46,478 nucleotides of DNA, taken from UHGV virus genome UHGV-1365323; one strand, given 5' to 3'. Position 1 is the first letter of the stretch. Each line of letters opens with the position of its first letter. The translations under genes and the position numbers were made by a program. Of the stretch, positions 18,349-27,838 are shown in pieces. The notes under the pieces are model-generated. The model was given only the letters and a program-made list of their open reading frames with translations, did no database searches and had not been told where the DNA came from. Source of the stretch: a virus.

Positions 18349-21300
18349 TATTCTGTTGCCCTTCTGGTTGCAGTGGTGTTGCTGGTAATGGCCTGAGAAA
18401 TAGGGCCGCCATTTTCTATGTCGGCAACGATAGTCTCAATTGTAACAGACCCGTCACCATTATCCGTTGCGGTTGATGTGGCTGTTGCTCCGCTTGAGCT
18501 ATTATAAACATTATTATTTATAATCAAGCCACCTCCAGAAGAGCCTCCAGTCAGGTCTTTGTTGCTGATAACCTTACCTGAATCTCCGGGAATCATGTAT
18601 TGATGTCCATTTGAAGCCTGGAATATCTCAGGTAGGTTGTTCTCGCCAACTCTGTACATTGAGCCGGCCTGCGCAGGTCCACCATTCTTTAATGCCCCTG
18701 CAACAGACATTGCTTTAGCCACACCAACGGTGGAAACAATTCCAGCCTGTGCAGGGATTGCATTCGCCCCGGCTGTAGCGAGCGAGGTCATTGCTGCCGC
18801 TGGCGCCATAGCTGCTGCGATTATCTGAGCCTGAGTCGCTGCCATCGCTGAGGCTGCGGTCATCCCAACCTGACCCATAATCACCGATTTAAGCCACTCC
18901 ACACCCATCTGAACGAATGAGTTAATCACAGCGTTCAACACAGTGCTGCCGATTGACTGTAGCGCCTCGCTAACAGACATTGAGCCGGTCAAAACACCAG
19001 TCAAGGCATTGCTTGCGGTTTGCCCAAAAGCATCAAATGCAGCAGCAGCCGCTTGTGTTGCAGCGTTCTGCTGGCTCCACTCCTGCCACATGGCATCAAG
19101 GCGCTGCTGGCGGTATTGCTCCTCAATAGCTGCTCTGGCCTGTTCAACCTCCGCTATCTTTTGTGGGTAAGCCACCGCGTAAGCATTGAGCGCTGCTAAA
19201 TCCTTCTGATAATTTGTTTCAACGGCAAACATTGGGGATGTCTGCGATTTTAATGCAGCGAATCCCTTGACAGCTTCTACCCTTTGTTTCTCCGCCTCTG
19301 CCTGAGCCTTGAGCGCGTTGGCATTATCCCATGCCTTAGCCGCATATTGCCCGGCAAGGTTAATTTGCTCCTGAGTGGCTCCCTTGCCCAGTGATTGCTG
19401 AGCAACCAGTATTGACTGTTCGCGGCTAAGCTCTCTTGTGCTTTCAGCGGTAAGCAATGACTTCTGGCGGAGTTCCTCAAGTTTATTGGCGATATTCTCC
19501 TGCTCTGTGGCTGCTTTTTGCGCCGCTGATTGCGCATCATTTTGCGCTTTACCCCTTGCTTTCTCGGCCTCATTTAAATCATATATCTGCCCTGCAAGTT
19601 CAGCAGCCCTTGCTATCTGATTGGGGTTATCAGTTACCTTTTGAGCCTCCAGCCGTGCTTTTGTTACCGCCCTTTGTCTTTCATCCTGTATTTTTAAAAG
19701 CTGATTCTGCTCCTCAAGGCTGAGAATCATCTTATCAGCTTCTTCTGTTGGTGGTGACACCTGCAAGGATTTTGGGTTGAAGTTTTGCCCGGCCTGATTC
19801 GCTCGGTTTATCTCATCGGCAGTCAGGCCAAATGCTCTTGCCACCGCTCCTTGCACTCTCTCAAGAGTCGACCCTTTCTCAATCAGGCTGTCATGCACAC
19901 CCATAGACGTGAGCATGTTGTTTGTAAGGGTTCTGCGTGCTTCAGATGCGGCTTCCTGAGTTCTTGCTAGTTTTTCCTTGGCGTTCGCAAGGTCGCGCGA
20001 TTTTTGATTCAGTTCATCAGTTTTATCTGATGCGATTTTTAGTAACCCGTTTCCTTGATCTATTGTTGTTCCGAACAGCTTTCCTCTTGCGGTATAGTCA
20101 TCAATCTCACCTTTAAGTTTATCAATGCTGTCTTCAAGATCCCTTACATATTCCTCTTGTGCCTGAATAGACTTATTAGCGTCGGCAATTACCCCCCTTA
20201 GCTGGGTGTTATTCATCGCCTTCATTGACTCGTTAACTTGATCCAAGCTATCAGCAAAGCGAATGGATTCTTCTCTGGCCTGCTGCGCTTTTTGCCAGAA
20301 GTAGAAAATTGCCCCCGCTGCTAACGTCGCCGCTCCTGCTGGGCCGCCTATCAATGAAAGCGCCCCTCTGGCAAGGCCAACCCCTACCGAAGCTGCTCTG
20401 GCCGCAGATGCCGCTCTCGCTGATGCCGCGGCCTGTGCGTTTTCAGCTTGCGCCAAAGACAATGACGCGGCGCTCGCTCTGGACTTTGCAGCTATAAGAG
20501 CATCAAGAGCCAGCGCCTCGGCTGCACTGCCTTTTGCTACGTTATATTCAGCCTGGGCAAGTGCGACAGATGATAGTGCCGCCTCTTTATCAGCGAAAGC
20601 TTTTCTCTGGGTGGCATTGGCGGCAAAGAGTGCAGATTGTGCCTGCTGATTCTCAGCTATTAATTGCTGTCTTGATGCCGCTATATCTGATATTTTCGCG
20701 GCAGTGGACATTGCCAGCGCGCCAACATACCGACTTCCCATTATGCCAGCTACAATGATAAGGGCGCCGCTCAGCGTCTCAAGGTTCTCACTTATTGTGA
20801 TGACAGAGTCTCGGAACCCTGCTGCAAATGATTTAACCGTCGAGTTTTCGCCAAAGAACTTCGTTACGTTGTTACCGGCTACCTGCAATCCCTTGGCGAT
20901 TGAGACGGTGGTGTTGGCAAATTCTTTGCCGATTGCATCCCCTTGTGACAGAAGCCCCTTAACTACAACGTCTGTTGTTAGCTGCCCCTGAGCGGCCATA
21001 GCCCTCAACTGACCGATAGAAACACCCATCGAATCAGCCAGAGCTACCATGAGGCGGCTGCCTTGCTCTGACACTGAGTTAAACTCCTCGCCGCGCAGAA
21101 CGCCGGAAGCGATACCCTGTGATAGCTGAATGATTGCGTTCTCAGCTTCCTGAGCTGTTGCACCGGATACTGCAAACCCCTGGTTGATAATAGTGGTCAG
21201 GCGGACTAAATCTTCCGCGCTGGTGTTGTACGCCCTGGTTCCTCGCTCAAGTCTGGCGTAAAGAGTCGCCGTGCCGTTAAGGGATGACTGGGTTGCTTGT

Positions 21301-21635
21301 GAAACATCAAAGATCCGCTGCATAACTTCGGTCTGCGTCTCTCCAGTACGAACCGAGTTAGCTACCTTGTTATTTAGTTCAGTCCAGGCATCGGCGTAAC
21401 TCGCAACCTGTTGCACAGAAAGCGCCGCGAACAATCCCTTGGCAACGCCAGAAAGGCTGGACATTGTTCGTTCCATCGATCCAATAGAGCGCTCTGTCCT
21501 GTTTACACTGGCCTCAAGTCGCCCCATGTTCCCGCTAAGTCCATTTAGCATTGACTGCAATTCACGACTGCCAGCTGCTAACTGAGATGTGTCAATGCCA
21601 ACCTCATAGATAATGCCGCCAACTGTTTCTGCCAT
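18348..21635 (-). CDS. Tail tape measure protein, 1095 aa.
   Basis: Very long Ala/Gln-rich coiled-coil protein; glycine-rich segments; located between the chaperone and the minor tail genes. Confidence 0.85.
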   Translation of the reverse strand: MAETVGGIIYEVGIDTSQLAAGSRELQSMLNGLSGNMGRLEASVNRTERSIGSMERTMSSLSGVAKGLFAALSVQQVASYADAWTELNNKVANSVRTGETQTEVMQRIFDVSQATQSSLNGTATLYARLERGTRAYNTSAEDLVRLTTIINQGFAVSGATAQEAENAIIQLSQGIASGVLRGEEFNSVSEQGSRLMVALADSMGVSIGQLRAMAAQGQLTTDVVVKGLLSQGDAIGKEFANTTVSIAKGLQVAGNNVTKFFGENSTVKSFAAGFRDSVITISENLETLSGALIIVAGIMGSRYVGALAMSTAAKISDIAASRQQLIAENQQAQSALFAANATQRKAFADKEAALSSVALAQAEYNVAKGSAAEALALDALIAAKSRASAASLSLAQAENAQAAASARAASAARAASVGVGLARGALSLIGGPAGAATLAAGAIFYFWQKAQQAREESIRFADSLDQVNESMKAMNNTQLRGVIADANKSIQAQEEYVRDLEDSIDKLKGEIDDYTARGKLFGTTIDQGNGLLKIASDKTDELNQKSRDLANAKEKLARTQEAASEARRTLTNNMLTSMGVHDSLIEKGSTLERVQGAVARAFGLTADEINRANQAGQNFNPKSLQVSPPTEEADKMILSLEEQNQLLKIQDERQRAVTKARLEAQKVTDNPNQIARAAELAGQIYDLNEAEKARGKAQNDAQSAAQKAATEQENIANKLEELRQKSLLTAESTRELSREQSILVAQQSLGKGATQEQINLAGQYAAKAWDNANALKAQAEAEKQRVEAVKGFAALKSQTSPMFAVETNYQKDLAALNAYAVAYPQKIAEVEQARAAIEEQYRQQRLDAMWQEWSQQNAATQAAAAAFDAFGQTASNALTGVLTGSMSVSEALQSIGSTVLNAVINSFVQMGVEWLKSVIMGQVGMTAASAMAATQAQIIAAAMAPAAAMTSLATAGANAIPAQAGIVSTVGVAKAMSVAGALKNGGPAQAGSMYRVGENNLPEIFQASNGHQYMIPGDSGKVISNKDLTGGSSGGGLIINNNVYNSSSGATATSTATDNGDGSVTIETIVADIENGGPISQAITSNTTATRRATE

Positions 21636-22342
21636 TATTTTGCTCCTTTGCTTTTAGCGGCCTTTCTGGCGGCTTTCTCTTTCATTTTCTGTTTATTCAG
21701 CTTAGCCCGCTCATAAGACGCATCATACTGCTCGCGCGTCATGCCTTCCGGTTCCGGGTATTTTGATTTTATCATCTGCTGATACTCGGTCATGGTCAGG
21801 TCTTCGGCTTCCTCGCGGGTGATTCCGAAATGAGTGCGAGCAGAGATGATGTAATCCGACATTCTCAACTCACTGGTTGTGCGCTTTTGGTTTTCCGAGC
21901 GCTGAGGAACCTTGAGCGGAGACTTGCCGATGATGCCATGCTCCATCAGGTTTCGAGCAATAATAATAATGTCATTTACTGGCATTCGTCCGGTGACGTA
22001 CTTAACACCGCGCGGAGTCGGCTTCCATGATCCAATGAGCACCGAGATATCATCATCGCAACAGGACTGCATGATGAGGCAGGCAGCGCTGAGCACTTTC
22101 TTGCCATAGGCAGGACGCGACAGGATTTTTGCCACCTGAATCTGTGCGCCGTATGGCAATGACTGAATGGCGCCAAGTACAGCCGCGTATTCATAGCCAT
22201 TAAGCGTAGCATACAGCTCGACAATCTCTTTTGGTGAGCCAAGCTCATTCATCGCCGCAAATGATGGTTTGAAGAAAAAAGACTTGTCATCCAGGGAGAT
22301 GCGCATTTCTCCGATTTCTGTTAGCGGTGTGCGTTGTCTCAT
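21635..22342 (-). CDS. Tail assembly chaperone, 235 aa, with a Lys-rich C-terminus.
   Basis: Located between the major tail protein and the tape measure protein; overlaps the tape measure start. Confidence 0.5.
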   Translation of the reverse strand: MRQRTPLTEIGEMRISLDDKSFFFKPSFAAMNELGSPKEIVELYATLNGYEYAAVLGAIQSLPYGAQIQVAKILSRPAYGKKVLSAACLIMQSCCDDDISVLIGSWKPTPRGVKYVTGRMPVNDIIIIARNLMEHGIIGKSPLKVPQRSENQKRTTSELRMSDYIISARTHFGITREEAEDLTMTEYQQMIKSKYPEPEGMTREQYDASYERAKLNKQKMKEKAARKAAKSKGAK

Positions 22343-22397
22343 GTCTAAATCCTGTTTTCATAATGACGTAATTATACCATTGACAGGGAGTGCAAGA

Positions 22398-22431
22398 CTG
22401 ACGTAGATTGAAAGCATAAGGTGATTGAGGG
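22398..22431 (+). promoter_or_regulatory. Promoter-family copy (CTGACGTAGATTG...GTGATT).
   Basis: 13-mer identical to the other copies except for the first base. Confidence 0.4.
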
Positions 22432-22439
22432 TTTGACAT

Positions 22440-22574
22440 ATGAACGAGACTGATGCTGATTTGAGATTTTACATCGACCTGTACGTTGATTGCGGGTTCA
22501 CCTATGATGAGGCTGAGTTAATGGCGAAAAAATTACTTGCAATGGTAGGGGTGACATTCGATGAAGATAACTGA
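22440..22574 (+). CDS. Small acidic ORF, 44 aa, preceding the HNH gene.
   Basis: ATG just after the promoter; overlaps the HNH start. Confidence 0.3.
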   Translation: MNETDADLRFYIDLYVDCGFTYDEAELMAKKLLAMVGVTFDEDN

Positions 22575-23046
22575 TTGGTCAGATATTTTTTATTATTGCG
22601 ATGGGGCTATTTACTGGAAGATAAGAACCTCAAACAGAGTGAAAATCGGAAGCGAGGTGAAGACGGTGGGAGGCAATGGATATAAGATTGTTGGAATCTA
22701 TGGCGTCAAGCATCTTGTTCATCGCATCATCTGGGAAATGCATAATGGGAAAATTCCTGACGGAATGCAGATTGATCATATAGACCACAACAAAACAAAC
22801 AATAAGATAGATAACCTCAGACTTGTCACTCCAAAAGAGAATAATCACAACATGAAGTTCAGGGTAATAAACAAATCAGGTGTTACTGGTGTTTCATGGG
22901 ATAAACAACATAAAAAATGGGCCTCAAACATAAAAGTTGATGGTGTAAAGATTCATCTTGGATTGTTTTCTGACTTAAATATGGCCGCTGAAGCAAGGAG
23001 AAAGGCGGAGGTTAAATATAATTTTCATGAGAACCATGGTAAATGA
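22561..23046 (+). CDS. HNH homing endonuclease with an AP2 domain.
   Basis: IDHIDHNKTNNKIDNLRL plus SGVTGVSWDKQHKKWAS. Confidence 0.8.
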   Translation: MKITDWSDIFYYCDGAIYWKIRTSNRVKIGSEVKTVGGNGYKIVGIYGVKHLVHRIIWEMHNGKIPDGMQIDHIDHNKTNNKIDNLRLVTPKENNHNMKFRVINKSGVTGVSWDKQHKKWASNIKVDGVKIHLGLFSDLNMAAEARRKAEVKYNFHENHGK

Positions 23047-23315
23047 TGATGGATAACGAAAAACGCTATGCCTGCGAGCAATATCTTGATGCACTGGTAA
23101 CGCTGGAGTTATCCGCAAAGCTCGCCATGCTTGAGCGTCGCCCGGTAAATGGCAGCATTAAAGCGTGCTGGAAGGCTATAAGGCCGCGCATTGATAATAA
23201 ATTAAACCGCCAGATATTCGATGGCATGGCTAATCAGTTTATGCCGCATGGCGCGCTGTGTATGCTGCGCCGCCAGCTGGATGCCGCAATAAGCGAGGAT
23301 GGTGATGACCATTGA
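23043..23315 (+). CDS. Hypothetical protein, 90 aa.
   Basis: ATGA overlap with the HNH gene; followed by a terminator. Confidence 0.4.
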   Translation: MMMDNEKRYACEQYLDALVTLELSAKLAMLERRPVNGSIKACWKAIRPRIDNKLNRQIFDGMANQFMPHGALCMLRRQLDAAISEDGDDH

Positions 23316-23372
23316 TGATACTGATGCCGGTACCATTTTAAATAATCCGCGCATCTCCATTGCTGGAAAAAT

Positions 23373-23398
23373 AAACCCCCTTTCGGGGGTTTTCTTTA
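23373..23398. terminator. Bidirectional intrinsic terminator (AAACCCCC-TTTC-GGGGGTTTTCTTT).
   Basis: 8-bp G/C stem with T-runs on both strands; located at the 3' ends of both convergent transcription units. Confidence 0.65.
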
Positions 23399-24151
23399 TC
23401 ACTCAACGGTAACAACACACTTGGTTGAGTCAACGTAATCAGGGCTGGTTGCCGAGTCCATCACGCGGCAGAAGTACGTACCAGCATCGCCTGCGGCAGC
23501 ATCGCCCTTGGTGAACGTGTCGGTAGTAGCACTGCTGATCGGCGAGGTGTCTTTATACCATTGGTAGGTATAAGGCTTGACACCGCCAGCCGCAACTACC
23601 GGACCGAGCGTCAGATTGTCGTTAGTGGCAACGCTTTTGTCTGCACTGATATCAGTAGTCAGCGTCAAATCTTCGATGCTGGACACGTCAACGGTAGAGC
23701 CATCATACGGCTTGAATTCAACCGAGCCGGTGATGATGTCGTTGGTGCCGCCATCATAGCTCAGCGCAGTAATGTTGCAGTAAGCCACAACAACGGTGTT
23801 ACCGGTGGTCTGGCGAACCCAGACAGACGGCTGGCGGCGCGCTTTAACTTCGGTGACGAAATACTTGATGAGATTATGTACGCCATACTCATCAGCCTTG
23901 TCAGCCTTACGAACTTCAAAATCACCGGAAATGGTGAGGTCTGCGGTAGTGACCAGCGTCGCGACAAAGCCATCGCCATCATCAGCCTCTGAGGTAGTGG
24001 TGCTTGGGCTGAAGTCGACGCCTTTTGAGGTCATGGGAGCAAAAAACTTCCAGTCTTCCTCTGCTGGCACGGCATCCCAGCAGCCATCAGCCAGCTCGAT
24101 GAGCGACTGGCGACCTGTGATGATGCCGTTATCATTTGCACAAATAGCCAT
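23399..24151 (-). CDS. Major tail protein with a C-terminal Ig-like domain.
   Basis: C-terminal YTYQWYKD...GTYFCRV Ig-like signature; located between the connector genes and the chaperone. Confidence 0.7.
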   Translation of the reverse strand: MAICANDNGIITGRQSLIELADGCWDAVPAEEDWKFFAPMTSKGVDFSPSTTTSEADDGDGFVATLVTTADLTISGDFEVRKADKADEYGVHNLIKYFVTEVKARRQPSVWVRQTTGNTVVVAYCNITALSYDGGTNDIITGSVEFKPYDGSTVDVSSIEDLTLTTDISADKSVATNDNLTLGPVVAAGGVKPYTYQWYKDTSPISSATTDTFTKGDAAAGDAGTYFCRVMDSATSPDYVDSTKCVVTVE

Positions 24152-24196
24152 GTTTAGAATCCTCTCTGTTTAGCTAAACAATCGCATTATATCATG

Positions 24197-24225
24197 TTGA
24201 CAGGTTTTGATTGGTGGTGTAGATT
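24197..24225 (+). promoter_or_regulatory. Promoter, TTGACA-N17-TAGATT, driving the tRNA-like gene.
   Basis: Canonical -35 and 17-nt spacer; the -10 hexamer TAGATT is the same one used in the promoter family. Confidence 0.5.
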
Positions 24226-24242
24226 CGAACAAACAACACAAC

Positions 24243-24320
24243 GCACCATTAGCTCAGCAGGATAGTAGCAACGGACTTCTAATCCGTAGGTCACTGGTTC
24301 GAATCCTGTCGCGGGAACCA
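24243..24320 (+). tRNA. tRNA-Arg(TCT)-like gene; the acceptor stem does not pair, so it may be a pseudo-tRNA or a non-canonical tRNA-like RNA.
   Basis: Intact anticodon arm (ACGGA-CTTCTAA-TCCGT, anticodon TCT, U33, A37), T-arm GGTTCGAATCC, D-arm TAGCTCAGCAGGATAG, encoded CCA. Very similar to E. coli argU (recalled from memory), but the 5' strand GCACCAT cannot pair with the 3' strand CGCGGGA. Confidence 0.45.
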
Positions 24321-24704
24321 TCACTCACCAAAAACAACCCTCAGCAACAACTCATAAACCGGTCTCTGCTCTGTAGTGAGTGTTGGACGACCAAGCGGCG
24401 CCTGCAACTGAATCATGCCAATGCAACTATCAACTGGATGCTCTTTGATGTATGCGATGACATCAAGCGCTTTTGCTTTTGTCTCCTCGATGTTGTACTG
24501 ACCCTGTTGGCCGACAACATAGAGCGAAAAATAGTAATCGCCGCCGAGCCCTTTGCTTACGTTCGTGCCGCCATTGGATTGCAGCACCATAAACCGGTCT
24601 GTGCCAACTTCGCTATCGTTCCAGAACTCAAGCTGATTAGTCCACCCGTCATAAAGATGGGCATCGCTAAGGTACTGGTCAACAAGCTCAAGCATATCTC
24701 TCAT
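24321..24704 (-). CDS. Head-tail joining or tail completion protein.
   Basis: Position next to the major tail protein; size 127 aa. Confidence 0.4.
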   Translation of the reverse strand: MRDMLELVDQYLSDAHLYDGWTNQLEFWNDSEVGTDRFMVLQSNGGTNVSKGLGGDYYFSLYVVGQQGQYNIEETKAKALDVIAYIKEHPVDSCIGMIQLQAPLGRPTLTTEQRPVYELLLRVVFGE

Positions 24705-25117
24705 TTTAGCGTCATCTCTTTTTTAATTACCTGATCGACAAGCTCGCGTGTGTTTTCGCCAGCCTTGAGAAGGAATTTAGGCTCGCCGCTCTTATCCCAT
24801 ACATTTCCCTTCCCTTTGAGCCGTCCTGTGCGTGGCGTGTTTGTACCCAGCAATGTGCCAGGTGCATTATGGACATACAGTGCGTAATTGGCAGCATACC
24901 CAATCTTGCCGGTTATGCGAGTGCCTTTAACCTCAACGGTGTCATACTGGCTATTTATCAGTGTTGATGTGGCTATTGGTGTCATAGAAGCCGATTCAGT
25001 ACGGATAATAAAGTTGGCGCTCTTTATGGCCCGCACAGCCTTTTCACCAGTAATCTCGCCGACTATCTGCTGAGTGCGCTTAATAGCCTGCTGGATACCT
25101 CTCATTTTAGCGGCCAT
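24701..25117 (-). CDS. HK97 gp10-like head-tail connector protein.
   Basis: Size and position; ATGA overlaps typical of connector gene strings. Confidence 0.4.
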   Translation of the reverse strand: MAAKMRGIQQAIKRTQQIVGEITGEKAVRAIKSANFIIRTESASMTPIATSTLINSQYDTVEVKGTRITGKIGYAANYALYVHNAPGTLLGTNTPRTGRLKGKGNVWDKSGEPKFLLKAGENTRELVDQVIKKEMTLK

Positions 25118-25120
25118 ACA

Positions 25121-25465
25121 TTACCCCGTTACCAGCGCAAAATCAGGCAGGTCATTGCGGTCCAGCGTATTTCCGTAATTCACTACGTTTCTAATCTGGT
25201 CAGCTCCGGCGGCCAGCGGGTCAGCGCTTGTGATGGTGCCAAGCATGATGAAGTCGCCAACAGACGCATCCTGGTATTCAGTCCAGAATGTGTTTTTCTG
25301 TGCAATCTCATTGCCAGCAGTGCCGGTAGTCAGATTCTTATCGAAGCCATAATCACACATGATGGACTCTGGGGCGGCGAATGTCGGTTTGCCATACTTA
25401 TCTTTGCCAGTAAGCCGCCAGATTGTGCATGGCTGCGTATAGCTCCATCTCGCTATTGCTGACAT
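25121..25465 (-). CDS. Head closure or head-tail adaptor protein.
   Basis: Position in the connector string. Confidence 0.4.
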   Translation of the reverse strand: MSAIARWSYTQPCTIWRLTGKDKYGKPTFAAPESIMCDYGFDKNLTTGTAGNEIAQKNTFWTEYQDASVGDFIMLGTITSADPLAAGADQIRNVVNYGNTLDRNDLPDFALVTG

Positions 25466-25583
25466 GGTGCGGCCTCAAGAGTATAAATCCAGCGCGGAAC
25501 AGGAAGGCGCAGCAATACCAGAATAACCAGCAACGGCATGCACCATTTACGGATTGCGATATTTACAGTTAATGTTGACGTTT

Positions 25584-25976
25584 TCATTTGCACTTACTCC
25601 CGGTGACAACCCGAAACCACGGCTTTGCACTTCCATCAGGCTCTTCCACAAGGTCGCCTGTGCAGTCTGCCGTATCGAGTAGTTTCATCTGATTGTAAAG
25701 GGCCATCCACGGCTTGCTGCCATAGCCAAATGACTGCGACGCACCAGATGGCGCCCGATGGCTGGTAATGTATCTCCCGGCCGTATTTGAGGCGATCAGG
25801 ATAGATGCCCATAGCAGAATTGCATCCTGCCTGCATGTATCTTCAGGGTAATTAAGCTCAAGGCACTCTGTGATGCTCGCCACCAGGCACAGGATGCCCG
25901 TTGCGTCCGCCGTGGTGATGGTTACGCCTCTTGACGCCATGGCGGCGACAAGTTCACTTTCTGTCGGTGCTGCCAT
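25584..25976 (-). CDS. Head-tail connector (gp6-like); start set at the internal Met.
   Basis: GGGAGAG Shine-Dalgarno before the internal ATG; the annotated N-terminus is Arg/Cys-rich and atypical. Confidence 0.4.
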   Translation of the reverse strand: MAAPTESELVAAMASRGVTITTADATGILCLVASITECLELNYPEDTCRQDAILLWASILIASNTAGRYITSHRAPSGASQSFGYGSKPWMALYNQMKLLDTADCTGDLVEEPDGSAKPWFRVVTGSKCK

Positions 25977-26241
25977 TCTTTTTGCTCTCCCGAATCTTCC
26001 ACCACATCTCAAAAAGGTTTTTTGCCACCAGTGACAGCGCGCCAAGTATAGAAGCTACCGCAGCCCACTCGGTAATCGAATGGGGGATCATTGAGGCAAT
26101 GTATGATTGCGCTACTGGCGTTTGCTCCGCCACCTTCAGGCCAAGGCCCGTACCAATGGACGTATAACCGGCTTTGTCGATTACCTGGCCGACAGTGCCA
26201 CTAATTATCTGGTTTGCGGCGTGCTGAAGCGCGTCTCTCAT
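25954..26241 (-). CDS. Hypothetical protein, 95 aa, with a hydrophobic C-terminal helix.
   Basis: GGAGAA Shine-Dalgarno; first gene of the leftward connector operon. Confidence 0.4.
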   Translation of the reverse strand: MRDALQHAANQIISGTVGQVIDKAGYTSIGTGLGLKVAEQTPVAQSYIASMIPHSITEWAAVASILGALSLVAKNLFEMWWKIRESKKNGSTDRK

Positions 26242-26402
26242 TAATTATTCTCCGAATGATGAACTTCCAGCATCTGTACACCTGAACCAGCGAAAACGCT
26301 ATGACGATAACGCCGATTGCTATATCCAATTTCGCCGCCTTACGTTTTTCAGGACGGAACAGCGCGGGATGAGTATTGTTGGTTTAATTTTATCATAAAG
26401 TG

Positions 26403-26431
26403 TTGACGTAGATTGAGGGTGTCGCTATAGT
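26403..26431 (+). promoter_or_regulatory. Promoter, TTGACGTAGATTG-N-TATAGT; the best canonical copy in the family.
   Basis: TTGACG, 17-nt spacer, TATAGT. A second GACGTAGAA motif lies at 26435-26443. Confidence 0.6.
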
Positions 26432-26453
26432 GATGACGTAGAAACAACAATAA

Positions 26454-26765
26454 ATGTTAGAGGTGATGAAGATGAATGAATTCAAAGGTACGCCGGGGCC
26501 GTGGTTTGGAGATAACAGCAGGGCAATAGGGCCAAAATCAACAGAGGACGACCAGTCTTATGGAATGATTATTCCTGTCGGCTGGGTTGAGTTTGACCCT
26601 GAAGTTGAGGTTCAAGTTGCCAACCAACGAATGATGGCCGCTGCGCCGGAATTGCTGGAGGCTCTGGAGATGCTTGTAGTCTTCACTACGCCAACAAAAA
26701 GGAATGCCACTGCTTTGAGCAAGGCTTATGCCGCAATTGCTAAAGCCATCGGAGAATCACAATGA
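26454..26765 (+). CDS. Hypothetical acidic protein, 103 aa.
   Basis: GAGGTG Shine-Dalgarno; first gene of the moron unit. Confidence 0.45.
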   Translation: MLEVMKMNEFKGTPGPWFGDNSRAIGPKSTEDDQSYGMIIPVGWVEFDPEVEVQVANQRMMAAAPELLEALEMLVVFTTPTKRNATALSKAYAAIAKAIGESQ

Positions 26766-26878
26766 TCCGCCACGAAATCCGCAAAGAAGACCTGAAAGCG
26801 TGGGATAAGTTCAAAATAAAGCTGGCATTAATCGTTATCGGATTCGCCATTGCCAGCGCAATCTGTTTATCAAAGTGA
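26762..26878 (+). CDS. Small membrane peptide, 38 aa.
   Basis: ATGA overlap with the upstream gene; hydrophobic LALIVIGFAIASAICL segment. Confidence 0.3.
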   Translation: MIRHEIRKEDLKAWDKFKIKLALIVIGFAIASAICLSK

Positions 26879-26885
26879 GGAAAAG

Positions 26886-27701
26886 ATGACATCTCTCGGA
26901 AAAATTTACTCAGACAAAGAAACTCGCGGCGGAATCGTGGTCAACAAAGGTTATCAGGTTCCTGTCGACCAGCTTTATCTTGAGCCGGGGTACAACATCC
27001 GCGAAGCCGATGAGCAGCACGTTGAATACTTCGCGCAGTGCTGGGAATCAGGACAGCCAATCCCGGCGTTAACTGTTATTCCTGATGCTGCCGGAAAGCG
27101 CATTAAGATTCTTGACGGCCAGCATCGTTATCTTGGCGCGCTGCGAGCTATTGAGCGCGGCGTACCAATTGCGCGCATTGAGTGCAAAGACTTCACCGGC
27201 GATGAAGCGGATAAAATCGCCTTCATGGTGTCTTCCAGTCAGGGAAAGCAGCTTGACCCGCTTGAGCGTGCAAAGGCTTATGTGCGCCTGAAAGGCTTCG
27301 GATGGACGAATGAAGAAATCGCCAAAAAGGTAGGCCGCTCAGTTTCTGATGTACAAATGCACCTGTCACTTGGTGACGTACCTGATGCCATCAAGCAACG
27401 TATCAACGCAGGCCAAATCAGCTATGCCAACGCTGTTGCAGTGGCGCGCGAGCATGGAGATGATGCCGTTAACGTTATTGATGCTGCCGTTGAGGAAGCG
27501 AAAGCGCAGGGCAAGGATAAGGTGACGGCGAAAACGCTCAAGGCAAAAAAAGTTAAACCGATTGACCGCCTGATTCAGTTGCTGAAAGAAGCAGATCACA
27601 TGGTTGTCGCTGAGGGCCACGTGGCACAGGAAACGGAAGAATTTTTGCGCCTTCCTTCCGCTGAGTTAAGTGAAGTTCTGGCTATTCTGGAGAAGTTGTG
27701 A
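26886..27701 (+). CDS. ParB/Srx-like nuclease-domain protein.
   Basis: ParB N-terminal domain signature including ILDGQHRYLGA. Start moved to the ATG behind a GAGGAAAAG Shine-Dalgarno. Confidence 0.6.
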   Translation: MTSLGKIYSDKETRGGIVVNKGYQVPVDQLYLEPGYNIREADEQHVEYFAQCWESGQPIPALTVIPDAAGKRIKILDGQHRYLGALRAIERGVPIARIECKDFTGDEADKIAFMVSSSQGKQLDPLERAKAYVRLKGFGWTNEEIAKKVGRSVSDVQMHLSLGDVPDAIKQRINAGQISYANAVAVAREHGDDAVNVIDAAVEEAKAQGKDKVTAKTLKAKKVKPIDRLIQLLKEADHMVVAEGHVAQETEEFLRLPSAELSEVLAILEKL

Positions 27702-27838
27702 TGATTAACATCTGGCGCATGCTGTGGGCTGCTGTATGGAGCATAAGCGAGCGCACTGGAATAGGTCTTGGTCGATTTGCTCCGTGGGTTTTTCATCAAA
27801 TGATTGGCTGCGATCATGATTCTAAAAAGGTTAAATAA
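27701..27838 (+). CDS. Small ORF, 45 aa.
   Basis: Translationally coupled (GTGATG). Confidence 0.25.
   Translation: MINIWRMLWAAVWSISERTGIGLGRFAPWVFHQMIGCDHDSKKVK

Noticed and set aside
18637-21000. Numerous 60-100-aa ORFs on the forward strand inside the tape measure gene (and similar ones inside the J-like and tailspike genes).
   Set aside because: Ala-rich and Pro-rich antisense frames of the large structural genes, with no Shine-Dalgarno sequences.
21635-22342. Programmed -1 frameshift (G/GT-type) in the tail chaperone gene at the T-run TCTTTTTTCTTC.
   Set aside because: The slippery run lies at about codon 20, far too early for a G/GT-type shift, and no extended -1 frame follows; treated as a single 235-aa product.
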